Shown here in pieces: positions 1-12,527 of a DNA stretch of 64,000 bases; position 1 is the stretch's first letter; every line of letters starts with the position of its first letter. Made by a program: the position numbers and the translations under genes. The notes beneath the pieces are model-generated. The model did not search any database. It was not told the origin of the DNA and worked only from the letters and a program-made list of their open reading frames with translations. The stretch comes from Saccostrea echinata (Eukaryota): assembly GCF_033153115.1 (NCBI RefSeq), contig NW_026889779.1, forward strand, positions 5,022,001-5,086,000, read 5' to 3'.

Positions 1-2476
1 AAAAACAAAATAACTTTCGCTGCCTGAAAGGAGAAAATAATTCAATTTTTTTTTACGAGATATTATCGAAATGTGTCCCTAATACCTCATTGGCCCTGTC
101 CCCATCCCGATCTAAAAGGACGTCCCATTCCTTATGGAAAACATGTAAAAAGACATATGGGGTTGGGGTATTTGATATAGAAAACCAAGATTATTTCAAT
201 ATACAACCAACTTAATGTTTACAAGATTATGAAAACCAGTGAGCTCTCTATCTAAACTATAATATTCATTACCCCTAGAATTCCTATAAACAGTACAAAT
301 CAAGAACAGGGCAAAAACACAGATCTCTGGAAACACTATAGGGGATCGGGTGCCAAGGGGGAGTATATATCCCCTCTCGACCAATTGCATCCGCCTTGAG
401 CCCTCTATATTGATTTGGTAAATAAAGTAAGTTAGTTTGAAACATATTCAAAATTTGAACCTACGATAGTTAACCAGTAAATCAACGACCCAAGATCTGT
501 TAAGCAGTAATCTTAAGTCATTGGATCAGTTTCACTGGGATGACAATTTTTAAATGTGTTTTGGAGTGACTTCACTGCTCAATAGCTAAAAGTTTCTTAT
601 ACAGGTCTAAATTTGCAATCATTTACCTGCAATTAGTAGCGTCCTTACATGAGTAAAATAGTCTTGAAGGGACGTAAAAATAACAAACAAACAATTTAAT
701 AAGTAAGTATCTTCTTCATCTGCAAGGGGGATATGAATCCAGCGATAAAGCATATTTCATTGTTTTTCTGATGAAATGTTTTGTCAGAAAATAAACGAAA
801 TTAATGCCCTACAACATTTCCAGCAATCAAGTAACACGATTAATTCAAATCAAATATTTTTACTTAAAAAATGATCACTTAACCTGCGGAACACCTGACA
901 GTGTGAAAATTGGTAGTTTTCCCTTGCTGGTAATTTCTACAGAAAATCTCAACTTTTATACATCCTACTTTTATACATCTCTGAAGGAAAATAGGCTCGT
1001 GATAATTAAAAATATCGAAAAAAGGACAGATTGGGTAGACATGGGTAGATCACATTAAGAGACAGGGCCTATACCGGTGCTTAGAGTATTCAGTTTCAAG
1101 GAAGGGTATTTTTCAACATTATTTTAATTTCTATATTGCATCATCGAAATCCTCCCCAAAACAAAGCATTAAATTTTCATATTATAATGAAAAAATACTC
1201 AAGGAACGAAATTTTGAATTTGTTTCCATCACTGACCTTTAGACCATGTGGATATTTAAGATCTCAAAATTTTCAACGGGATGGATACCTGAGAAGTCAA
1301 ATTCATGCTTCTTAACCTAAGGAAAAATTATGCGTACCACAAACAACGAAGATGAAGTAATATTTGATAAGGAAAAATAGATTTCTGGGGATTTAACTGT
1401 GGTTGTTTTTCAAATCCAGACAGATTGCAAAATAAATTTTTAAGAATATGTTGTTCCTTAGAGGAAAAGTTGTCATATATTCTCAATCAAACTTTGCGCC
1501 CCATTCTTTTATGCCTTAAGGACCGTGCTTTACACAACCTTGAATTTGCACTAACAGAGTATTCATCACCTATTGTTCAAGAAAAGAAAAATGTCCAGTC
1601 CTTTTTGTATATACCAATATGAATATTAACCATTAATTATATTAAAAATATAGTATATAATTTTATGTTTTTTTAAAAAAAGATATGAAATGACAAAAAG
1701 TTCAATTCTATGTGTTAATTCTTAAGGTATTCACAGAAAGGTTAATTTCGCAAAATTCGGGATGATAAACACTTTGCCAAAAGTTCATTTTAACAAAACA
1801 TTTGTATTATGATATCTTGATCACATTCCCCAACCTCTACCCCACAATTTATGCTTTAATAGAGCCTCGGAATTTTGCTTTATCTATGCATTCTCTAGTT
1901 CATTTAACAATTCATAGAAAAGAGAATTGCTTGACATACAGGTGTATTTTTTTCTATATCGTGAAGCAGATTCGTATAGTTAGAAAATTAAAAACCTCAG
2001 ATCTTACAACCAAAGTGAAAAGTCAATTAAAATGCAATTTGGCGAGGCACGAAAGTCAGAAAGACAAATTTTTCCCTATCTTCTTTTTTCTCTAATTTAA
2101 GAAGTTAAAATTTAAAATCCTGTTCCTCTGAGATGAACGAAGCATACATAATGCCGAGTATCTACCTCAACACTAACTTCTACAAAAGAATTTCCACAAA
2201 AAATGACTTAACAACACACAGCAACCTGCCTCTTAACATACTTAAAGGAGAAAAATACTCTAAATGATTTCTTGTTCCCTGAAAATGAGCAGCCTTTTGT
2301 TTGAAAACAATTGAACGCTTTACAAAAGGATACTTTCGGCGATGTTTGGATGATACTTTTCCAAACTTTTTTTAGGAGCAGTCGGCGAAGAGAAGAGTTC
2401 ACATAGGATACAAAAGACAACATTCTAAAAAAAACTCTCCGATAAAACAAGCATTTATTTGATCTAATTATGGTAG

Positions 2477-3996
2477 ATGAAATATATGGAGATAACGAAC
2501 AGTATTCAAGCTCAAAAGTCCATTAAACAATACAAAATAGGAGCAGAGCAAACACGGACCTCTAAACATCAGAGGTGGGATCAGGTGCCATGGAGGAGTG
2601 AGCATCCCCTGCCGACCGGTCACACCCGCCGTGTGCTCCTTGTCATGATCGGGAAATAACGGAAAAATCCGTCGACAATTCAGTGTGTAAATAATGGCCT
2701 AACAATTAGTATGCAAAACGTCAGTCAGCATATGCCTCAAAGATAAATTGTATTTGCTGACAAGGTCATTGTATCGACCATAGAACTTACGAAATGATGA
2801 CTTTAAACGAGACAGCTGATATTCTTGTTTCATCAACTTGTTTGTCAATAATTCACCTCGTTTTAGAAACTGTTCATACGTAGAGCATGCTCTTGCGTAT
2901 CGAATCAACTGAGAGATATATACCCCGTATGCAGGTGATGAAGGTATATTGCTGCATAAGTAAGGGAAGTTGACGATTGAAAAGTTAAAGTCATCACGTT
3001 TATCATAAAGCTTGGTTGTTAGATTACCATTAACGTCTTTTTCAAGTAAAATATCCAAATATGAAACAGATGTGTCAGACTCTGTAGTATCTTTTATCTC
3101 AAGTTCACCAGGATATATCGTATCGACATAAGAATGAAAATAGCCATTGTTAATTGACAATACATCGTCGATATATCTAAATGTCGAGTTGAAGGCCACA
3201 GCAAGTGTTTTCTTCTTTTCACGTACAAGATTTTGGACAAATTCTGCTTCATATGAATACAAAAAAAGGTCTGCTAATAACGGGGCGCAATTGGTACCCA
3301 TGGGAATTCCAATAGATTGTTGGAAGACCTGGTCTCAAAAAACCACATAGATATTGTCAATCAGAAACTCAAGCATCTTTTTAATGTCAACTTCAGAGTA
3401 CTTGTGTGTACAATCAGAATGTTTTTTAACAAAATAATTTTGCAAATGACCAATGACAAGGTAAGTATATTTACGAGTTCCATTTTTATTGAAAAAGCAG
3501 CTGTCAATGATATCAAAAAGCCTGGACTTTAATTTATCGTGGGGAATGGTTGTGTATAAAGTAGAAAAGTCATAAATTTTTAAGCTGTTGATTTTGGTAA
3601 AATCTTGCGATTTCAAATTTTCAAAAAGTTCCTTGGAATTTTTAAATATCCACATCTGATTTACACCACTTCTCGAATATATTGTTGCACAGTACTCTTG
3701 AAGTTTCTCCTTCACCACTGTTAATATCTTAGTGAGGAGTAAAGAAAGAGGCTTGGTTGAACATTTACTGGAACCCGGTATGTATCTTTGTTTGTAAGGA
3801 TTTTTATGAAGTTTCGGAATCCAATATAAATATGGTAATTCAAATTCATTTTGGTTGTTTGGAATATTCAAAATATTCAAAACTGACATATGATTTTGAA
3901 GAATTTCTTCCTTAGAAAGGGAACTACGAGTATAAGTTGGATTACCACTCGTAGAATTAAATCCAAGTTCCTCTAAAATACATTTGATATAATGAG
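2477..3996 (-). mobile_element. Penelope-like retroelement (Naiad-type), 5'-truncated: RT plus 3' UTR
   Basis: ORFs 3335-3889 and 2699-3301 share one frame, split by a single TGA (GGA in the copy at 24.7 kb). PLE RT motifs: LPYLYWIPKLHK, YDFSTLYTTIPH, GIPMGTNCAPLLADL, FRYIDD, LYDKRDDF, YGVYISQLIRYAR. Confidence 0.93.
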
Positions 3997-4738
3997 ATAC
4001 AGGTTAAAGACGAGCGTCACGATAAGGACATCTCTGAAATTGTCCTCATCATTTGTTTAAAACAAATTCTCATCAAAGTAAAATCTGACAGCCTTGTTGT
4101 CAGTTTTGTGGTTATCCAGAAGATACAGTCATAAATTCTCAGATTTTTACATAATTTGAAACATAACAAGTTGATATTAGCATTTTTGATCACCTTCCGC
4201 AATTCTATTTAATGTACATTTTGTTATATATATCTAACCACTCACAACAAATTCTATTAGTTTAGTTATTTAATTTGGTATATGATTATGTATTTTCCAT
4301 AAATAGTAAGAAGGGAAGTACGACTCTGCCTAATTAGACCTTAAAATCAATGTCATTTGTTTTAATCAATAATCAAAGTGAAATTTGAAATTTAATTTTA
4401 AAAAAAGATGAAATTACTAAAGTAACCTAATACGGTTTTAAAAAACATGCATAATTTCTCATAGTTTCAAACAAATGATATCGACTGGATAAAATTAAAA
4501 AAAAAATCAATATAAGTATTACCTTGTCAACAGCTGTGTATGTCGCTAACACCTGAAGAAGTTTAAAAATATGTGCAGGTAACGACGACCCTAGGGCGCT
4601 TTGCTTATTGGAGTAAGTTAACATGCATCAGGAAATTTTATATTCATAATTAAATGTATGCATAATGTTGCAGCCATAAATGGATGGTTATTTTTTATGT
4701 ATCCAACATCAAAATAAATACAGAATGTGAACAGATTT

Positions 4739-4779
<41 letters not shown>

Positions 4780-4824
4780 CAAAATTGATGCTATTCGGTG
4801 ATGATTAATAACATCCCTTTTTAA

Positions 4825-5157
4825 GGACATACGCAACGTAGTTTGAACTTTATTGTCTATTTCCCTTGAGTTGAAGAGTTCCAATACTTAAAGGAACTGT
4901 GTGCTACATTTTAATGTTTATACCATTGTACACTTCTTCTAAAACAAGTTTGGATAAACAAAACGTCTTGAATATATGTTTAGTAATTTTTGTATATTTT
5001 TCTTTGAATTACACAAGAATTTTCATCAATTGATATCTTTTCAAAACCCCTGGTAAATCTTGTTGATTTTTTGTCTACGAACATCTGATAGCACTATAAT
5101 CTTAAATTAAGAATATCTTGAAAAATTATTAGTAGGTAAGGTACGTTGCGTATGTCA
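4825..5157. mobile_element. Non-autonomous TIR element (Kolobok-like MITE)
   Basis: TIRs ggacatacgcaacgta / tacgttgcgtatgtca, with TTAA on both flanks (4821-4824, 5158-5161). Confidence 0.8.
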
Positions 5158-5400
5158 TTAAGTGAAACATTCTTTTGCACTTTTCTTTGATGTACCAGCA
5201 CCTAAAATGAATGATTATTTTTTTTTCTTCTTTTTTTCTTACACAAAAACTCAAATTATAGTAGCTTTTTTAGATTTTGTACAGGACCTATCAGTCGTTT
5301 TCGAGATGAAATCCTATGGCCATTACTTGAAGTAGATGCTACTATAGTCAGTTTCCATTTTGCATCATTTGCTTACTTATTACACACTCATTTACAATAT

Positions 5401-5518
5401 CAAGAGCGACATGGCAGTAACTTTTGGGATAACAATGTTTGATTTTATCTTGTTTCTTTCAAGAGCGACATGACAGTAACTTTTGGGATAACAATGTTTG
5501 ATTTTATCTTGTTTCTTT
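5401..5518. repeat. Direct tandem duplication of ~59 bp
   Basis: caagagcgacatg(g/a)cagtaacttttgggataacaatgtttgattttatcttgtttcttt occurs twice in succession. Confidence 0.95.
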
Positions 5519-6039
5519 CTGTTCTTTTATGTCAGCATCCATTAAAAAAATACACTACATTTACACTGTAAACTTGGAGATGTTTGATCAAGGGTAATTT
5601 TTGCGTATTTTGCTATCAGAAACACTTTGTAAAAATGATTACTAAGCACAATGTTCTATAAACAAGTCTTAACGATTTCTCTACATGAAAGTCAAGAACG
5701 ATCACTGAAAATTACTATAAATACATGTATACTTCGTATATAAGACATTGTATTGGTAGAGGAAGACACGATAGAGTTCGGAGGGAAAGAAGGAGGAATA
5801 CACCGTTTATGATCTCTTAAATCATATTTCTATTCTTGAGGAAATAAAATACTTTACTCACGTAATGTGAATTTTTTACGCTTAAAATTATTCAGATTAT
5901 TGTCTTTTTTTAAAAAAATATAAAAGGGAAAAAATGTGAATTTTTTAATCAACACACTTTTTACAAGTTAAATGACATACTTGAGTGAAAAAACGATTTT
6001 TTTTTAAACTTGACAGCATGACTTGACTGTCGTTCTGAT

Positions 6040-6140
6040 TCAGTGGTGTATCATAATATTCGTCCTAGCAAATCGTGCCCAGCCATTCCATTCACTGCTC
6101 ATCTGTTTACCTGTGATAGTATTTGATGATACACATATAG
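6040..6140 (+). other. Putative non-coding exon 1 of microprotein gene 1
   Basis: Ends in donor AG|GTAAGT (6141). Homologous to 19090-19227 and 32240-32376, which also end in AG|GTTAGT. The 5' boundary is approximate. Confidence 0.55.
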
Positions 6141-6235
6141 GTAAGTTGTAAAATATTAATTTTTATTTATTTATCTACGTTGTTTCTTAGAAGAAATTTT
6201 TCTTATAAAAAAGTCTAAAAATATACCAAATGAAC

Positions 6236-6429
6236 CACAGGCACTTGGGACATGGACTGATATGTCAGTCGAAAACGAGATATTTAAAAACAGCTCCCAG
6301 AGACAAAAGAGTTACATTATCTATAACATGTAATCCATATTAAAATGCAAAAATAGGGAAAAGGTTGTCAAGCTCCGATTTAAAAAGAAACAAAATTGAA
6401 AGGGGGGGTCTATGCCCCAAGTGCCTGTG
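6236..6429. mobile_element. hAT-like MITE
   Basis: TIRs cacaggcacttgggacat / atgccccaagtgcctgtg; 8-bp TSD aaatgaac / caatgaac; absent from the paralogous position near 19310. Confidence 0.8.
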
Positions 6430-6554
6430 CAATGAACTGCCATCCTTATGTAATATTTGATTGAAATTAATTAGTTCTTAGATGAAGACATCACGCAATG
6501 GAGTAAGGCAATTTACCTATTTAAGAAGTAGGTACGATAAACATTGGTTTATGC

Positions 6555-8514
6555 CAAGTTCAATTTCAAGTTCATTTATTCACTCAAAACCATCTAATAT
6601 ATAAATGGTACATGAGGACAATGAAAAATATTTGCAACATATAAATTCCGGTCAGAGGTACAAGTATATGATATACTTATTCAGAAAATGAAAGTGAAGG
6701 AAGACAAAGAAAAAAAGATGAATACATATAATACATATGTTAATAGTATAAACGAGGAAAAATCATGGAGGACAGACTAGCTCATATATTTTTAATATAA
6801 AAGTACAGAGTTTTTTCCGAGTTTTAGCATCTTGTTTTGTCATTAATTGAGAAAATTTAAGTATATTTGGTCTAGCAAAGTAGTATTCATTTATATACTT
6901 TTTCCTAATGTTTGACAATGAAGTGCATTCATACGGAAGCCGGTAGGTGCCAGGTAGAAAAATATTTTATCTGGCGGCCGCCAGATAAGTTTCTGGCGGC
7001 CGCCAAATAATTATCTGGCGGCCGCCAAATAATTATCTGGCGGCCGCCAAATAAATAACTGGCGGCCCCCAGAAACTTATCTGGCGGCCGCCAAATAATT
7101 TTCTGGCGGCCGCCAGATACAAAGATCTGGCGGCCGCCAGAAATTATCTGACGGCCGCCAGAAAGTTATCTGGCGGCCGCCACATAATTTCTGGCGGCCG
7201 CCAGATAATTATTTGGCGGCCGCCAGATAAGTTTCTGGCGGCCGCCAGTTATTTATGTGGCGGCCGCCAGAAAGTTATCTGGCGGCCGCCAGATAAAATA
7301 TTTTTTCTACCTGGCACCAACCGGCTTCCGTACATTCAAGTATAAAATGGAATTTATCGGCAACATGTTTAGCTTTACAAAGTGTACATAATCTTTCATT
7401 TAGTGGTATACCTGCCCATCTTCCCAGTTCAACTGGTAGACGGTGATTAGAAGTACGAAATTTTACAAGTATTTTTCTAAATTTTAATGGCAAAATGCTT
7501 AAATACTTTTCACATTCAAAGCTTGTTTATACACACCTTTGGATGAACTACATGTATTAATTTTAGCATTCCATTTTTGTATAAATTGATCCTGTATAAT
7601 CGTTGCTTTAGAGCAGTAGTAACCCAATCTTGATTAAGACTATAACAAAACTGTTCATTCCAAATATTAGATAGTCCGCATGAGTCAAAAATGCGATACA
7701 CACAGTCAATCCATGGATTCTTACCAATTTCAGATTGTGAATTAGCGATTAAATATTTATATAATATACATGAAGTTTTGTTTCCGGGGGTATTAATTAA
7801 TTTACACTTACACCAATATGAAACTATTCTAGAATAAACAAGGGCAGATAATGGAAAGCGTCCTGTTTCACCATAAACCATGAAAATTTGGGGTACTACT
7901 TTTCAAGTAAAGTATATGTTTCAAAAATTTTAAATGAACACGTTCAATAATGTCTAGGTTTTCAAAACCCCAGATTTCACAACCATAGAGTACACTGGTA
8001 CAACCATTTATCGAACAATTCAAATTGACATGCTATAGGGCGGTTGAATTGTCTAATTTTTCTGATTACACCATACATTGCTTTTTAGACTTGCTCACAT
8101 AGATGTTTCTTGGCTTTTAAAAAGGAGCCAGATCTTGAAAAAATGATACCAAGATATTTAAATTCTTACATTTTCTAGACTCTTGTTATTGTAGTAAAAT
8201 GTTCTCTTGAATAAAGGACCTTTTGAAAAAATTAATATTTTGGTCTTGTCAATATTAACATGCAATTTTCACTCTGTACAATAGCATTCAAATTCATTCA
8301 AAGCATTCTGTGGATCATCAGGAGTTTCTGCTAAAATGACAGTATCATCGGCATATAAAAGTATTAAAAGTTTCAAATACATACATGTACCTAATTCGTG
8401 TTCTATTGAAGTAGTAAGACTTTGTAGACTAATTATATTTTTATCAACAAGATAATTTTCTAAGTCATTAATGTACAGGGAAAATAAAAAGGAGGATAAG
8501 TTTTCCCCTTGCCG
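6555..8514 (-). mobile_element. 5'-truncated, degenerate LINE (RTE-X-like) in intron 1 of microprotein gene 1
   Basis: Minus-strand motifs RQGENLS..LFSLYINDL, ILLYADDTVIL, MVYGETGRFPL, KFRTSNHRLPVELGRW..ERLCTLC..HFILEC. The 3' end has AATAAA followed by a short-repeat tail near 6555-6580. Confidence 0.85.
6932..7332. mobile_element. Non-autonomous TIR element with internal palindromic minisatellite (IS3EU-like ends)
   Basis: TIRs tacggaagccggtaggtgccaggtagaaaaa / tttttctacctggcaccaaccggcttccgta. The 6-bp TSD cattca (6926-6931, 7333-7338) splits the LINE codons LEC|TSL. The interior is an array of ~20-21-bp units containing tggcggccgcca. Confidence 0.85.
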
Positions 8515-10026
8515 AAACAGTCTATAGCTGGCTGTGTAACTATAATAAATTAGTTAACAAAGTTAAAATTAAGGTAGCTAATTCGTTCCAAATTTCTATC
8601 AATCATTTTTTTATTTGAATTGCTATAAAATAACTCGTATTCTAACTAAAAGGACCATACAAGACATACCTATTTATGCTCATTTTTATACAATGTGTTT
8701 TAGAGCACATATCCCTGAAAATTCAAAGATATACAGATTTCATTCAGTTTTGCATCAAAATACATAATTTAAGGTTGTATTTCATAAAATCAAAAGATCA
8801 CTAGATTCACTTGTAAAGAGACTTCTTAAAACTTTTCAAAAAAAACCTAAATAAATTGAGGTTTAATCAGTTTACTACCTTCAGAAAAAATAAGATACAA
8901 TGTAATGAAATGTTCGTCCTACATGTAAAAGGAACGTAGAACGAAGCTGGGATGTCCTCCAGTTGAAATTTTTTTTTCTTGTTATTTTTTTTCTGGCTGT
9001 CCCCTTTGAAAAAGCAGTGTTACTGTGTATGTTCCCACTAAAGCTACGGAAACATCATATTTTCGATTCCATATCGCTAGGCAAATTAATAACCGGATAA
9101 ACATAGACAATTTTTCAAATCAAAATATTTTTAAAATACTGTGCTCGAACTTGCGCTGCAATTCATAGATTAAGCTTTACGCTAATATGTATAATGAGTA
9201 ATCAATGATAATTCACATTTATTATAGTGGAAAATGGCTGTATAAAATTGTCTTTATCAACACATTTCAATCCACGTGAAGCAATTCTGTTTTTTTTATT
9301 GCTTTTTCCATATAGTAATGCATCAGTAAAGCACAGATGAACAGATTTGATACAGTCAACTTTCACATGATAAAAAGATCACTTTATAAAGTATGCTAAG
9401 TAAATTCTGGTCGAAGTTATTTTGTTGGTAGCTTTATCATTGCAGAGTTATCCCAAAGGAAGAGTTATATAATGATCAAATAAGTTTAATTAAAATAACG
9501 TGAGTATGCCTTTAAATTCAATGGTTATGTTTAATGTCTTTGTCAATCTAATTTTGCAGTACATAAAAAGATCCAAATAGCAACAAATTTCTAAATATTC
9601 CATACGATTTTTTTAAAAAGATGCGGAGAAAATTAGTCAAGATGAATGTATAGGTACAGTACACTTAAATCTTCTAGCAGATGAATAATTTCTGGAAGCT
9701 CTTTGTATCAGATGTTGGTATCTAGCGAAGATATACAATTGAATATGAAATAAATAACATCTAGATCAAGCGGTTCAAACAATTAGCTTAACTTCTTTTC
9801 GCTTTTTCTATCCAAGGAAAAAATTGGTATAGGCAGAAAGGATGAAGTTTATTAATAATATTAGTGATCTACTTTGGTTCAGAACATTCCGTATGGAATA
9901 GAGAAGAAAAATTCAACGAAAGGCACCCAACTAACTATGTCACTATTTTTTTTTTAGAGTCGAACAAAACACGATGTTTCCAGGATACTAAACTTGTAAG
10001 GGAACAGCGTATCCTAAAAAGGATTT

Positions 10027-10275
10027 ATGATTAAACTCGGCAAGATGCACGCCATCGAGATTGACTCGGCAGAACGAGAAAAAATCCCCATGATTCTGGT
10101 GCAAGTATTCATGTTGGGGATGATCTTTCTAGGATTCATCGTCATTTGGCAAATCTACATCATGAATCAATTTCTCTCAGAAATCAGCGAGGAGCTGGGA
10201 AATGGGAAAATACAGCTACAGATGAAGGGTGTGAACAAAGACAGAATCTTAAGAAAAATTATGAATTTAGATTGA
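10027..10275 (+). CDS. Small type II single-pass membrane protein, paralog 1 (82 aa)
   Basis: Charged N-terminus, ~20-aa hydrophobic helix, then WQIYIMNQFLSEISEEL...MNLD. Upstream branch-like actaac and polyT-AG acceptor (exon starts 9958). Frame and motif are conserved in three close paralogs. Confidence 0.8.
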   Translation: MIKLGKMHAIEIDSAEREKIPMILVQVFMLGMIFLGFIVIWQIYIMNQFLSEISEELGNGKIQLQMKGVNKDRILRKIMNLD

Positions 10276-12278
10276 TTTCTTTAAAATATTTTGATGTTTT
10301 TCTTTGCAATTCCCGATCTGATTTAAATTTTTAGAACAAAGCCTATAATAGCTGCAGATCTGTAGCTCACTCGTCTTGTACAAAATGGGATGGACGACCA
10401 TGAATATCTATTTAGATCAAAGTGCTGACGAGTAAGGAACTGTAGCTCAGAGATCGTCCATTTCATTTTTTTTTTTTGCAAGCTAAGTCCATAATAGAAG
10501 GAATACTTAAGTTTTTACAGCATGTAGCTCTCTCTCAGTTACAACAGTTTTAAAACATTCACTTACTTCTAACGTGCTTTTATGTAATTGCTTTAAGGAA
10601 ATATAAGGAGAAAGTTGTCCTTAATCTATTTTAATGCTGAAGTCATAAGCTGGAATCAAAGGTACAGGTATGTACACGCAGATAGTGTAAATGTTATACA
10701 CTACGACTGTTATTAATGAATGTATTGAGTGTCTTGATCTAGAGCTCGGATGCTGTTTACTTGATTCTTGAAAAAATGTTTTGCTCAGAATACTTCGATT
10801 TTAAAGATCAGTTTCCAATACCTTTTTAATAAACAAGATTTTCTAAGGTGTAAAAACATGTATCAAACACATCTATCGTGAAAGATATCTAAAGCCAAAA
10901 AAGAATGCGTTCCTTATAGGCCTCTAACTTTTAATTGTTCCACGACATTGTTCCTTTGGTCAAATACTTTTCTTTTTTAGAATTTAAAATAAGACAAGGC
11001 TAATTTTTTTCCCTATTTCTTCATTAACTGACACGGATATCCACGAAATGTAAAAAGTCGTCCATGTGTTTGAAAATGAATACATCTAGCTAATAAACTT
11101 AAAGCAACTTTTCGTATATAGCAATACTACTACCTTTGTATAATGGCACCAATTCCATTTGTAACAGAATTAACGTTCCCTAGTGTACCCACAATACACG
11201 AAGAGTAACTCATTGATATTTATTAGTAGTTAGTTTCTTTGGAATGTCTGAAAAACCTTCCCTCCCCTCAACAGAAACATAAATTTGCCATTCACCAGGA
11301 GTTCAGATATAACTTTGACTGCTCTTAAAGAGAATATATAATTCAGTGTTTTGTTTATGATCACAGAGTAAAGCTTATTCAGTTGTGAGTAAAATGTATC
11401 ATTAGTAATATTTGAAAATGCATCATATTTACATGGGAACATCAAGCAATAGAATTTGAAAAGTATGTATGATTAGCATTGACTTTTGTTCCAAAATCTA
11501 AAGGAGGTTGCGTAAAGCCGATGATTGAAAATCTAATAATGTTATCTAGAGTCTAAAAGTTTTCAAGATTTTGATTTATTTTATCACATTTTTTTTTTTT
11601 TTTTTTTGAATATTGTGCTCGAACTTACGATATGATTTGTACTTTAAGCTTTATGGTAATATGTAAATGCGTAACCAATGATAATTCACATCTATTAGTG
11701 CAAAATGATTGCATAAAATTGCTTTTATCAAGATATTTCAATTCACTCGTAGCAATTTTGTTTTTATTGCTTATGTCTACATACACGCATGAGTTACACA
11801 GATAAAAAGATACTGAACAGTACAATTTAAAAACTTTAAAAAAGAAAAAAAAAGCACGATTATGCCTTCAAATTATCTAATTATGGTTAATGTTTTTGTA
11901 CTCAATTTAAGTTTGAAGAATATAAAAGCAATATAAACAGATATGCTATACCATTTTCAAAAATAGTCGGAGAAGAAAATTAGTCCCGTCGAATTTTTGA
12001 GGAGACTACACTTTAAATCTTGTACTAGATGAATAATTTCTGAAAGCTTCTTGTATCAGATGGCACAGAATGAACAGGACAAAACTACTTACTATCGAAT
12101 AAATGACACCTTGGCCAAGCGCTTCTTGAGTACTAGTATTAAGAATGGAGGAAATAAGAAACATCAAGCCACTCACATCAATTATGCAACTATTTTTCTA
12201 GAGTCGGATAAAATATAGTATGTTCTAGGAGGATCCTAAATTCAAAAGAAGCCAGTTATCCTGTCCAAAAACGGATAA

Positions 12279-12527
12279 ATGGTTAAATTCGGCAAGGAAC
12301 AAGTGAAGGAGACTGGCCCAGTACGTAAAGAAGGAGAGAAATTCCCGGCGATTCTGGTGCTAGTATTCATGTCGGTGATGTTCTTTCTAGCGCTTGTCGT
12401 CGTTTGGCAAGCTCACAACATGAATCAGCTTCTCTTAGAAATCAACGAGGAGATGGAAAATAGGAAATTTCACGCGAAGGATGTGAACATGGACAAAACC
12501 TTCAGAAAAAATATGAATTTAGATTGA
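12279..12527 (+). CDS. Small type II single-pass membrane protein, paralog 2 (82 aa)
   Basis: Same architecture (WQAHNMNQLLLEINEEM...MNLD); acceptor tttttctag|AGTC at 12201/12202. Confidence 0.8.
   Translation: MVKFGKEQVKETGPVRKEGEKFPAILVLVFMSVMFFLALVVVWQAHNMNQLLLEINEEMENRKFHAKDVNMDKTFRKNMNLD

Noticed and set aside
3335-3337. Single in-frame TGA in the PLE RT as selenocysteine (some clam Naiads are selenoproteins)
   Set aside because: It aligns to GGA (Gly) in the copies at ~24700 and ~46995, not Cys; a simple nonsense mutation.
6960-7300. Palindromic repeat array as CRISPR
   Set aside because: Spacers are only ~8-9 nt and repetitive, there are no cas genes, and it lies inside a eukaryotic TIR element.
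10355-10470. CTGACGA with local inverted repeats as a hammerhead ribozyme
   Set aside because: No GAAA core or stem II/III at suitable spacing.
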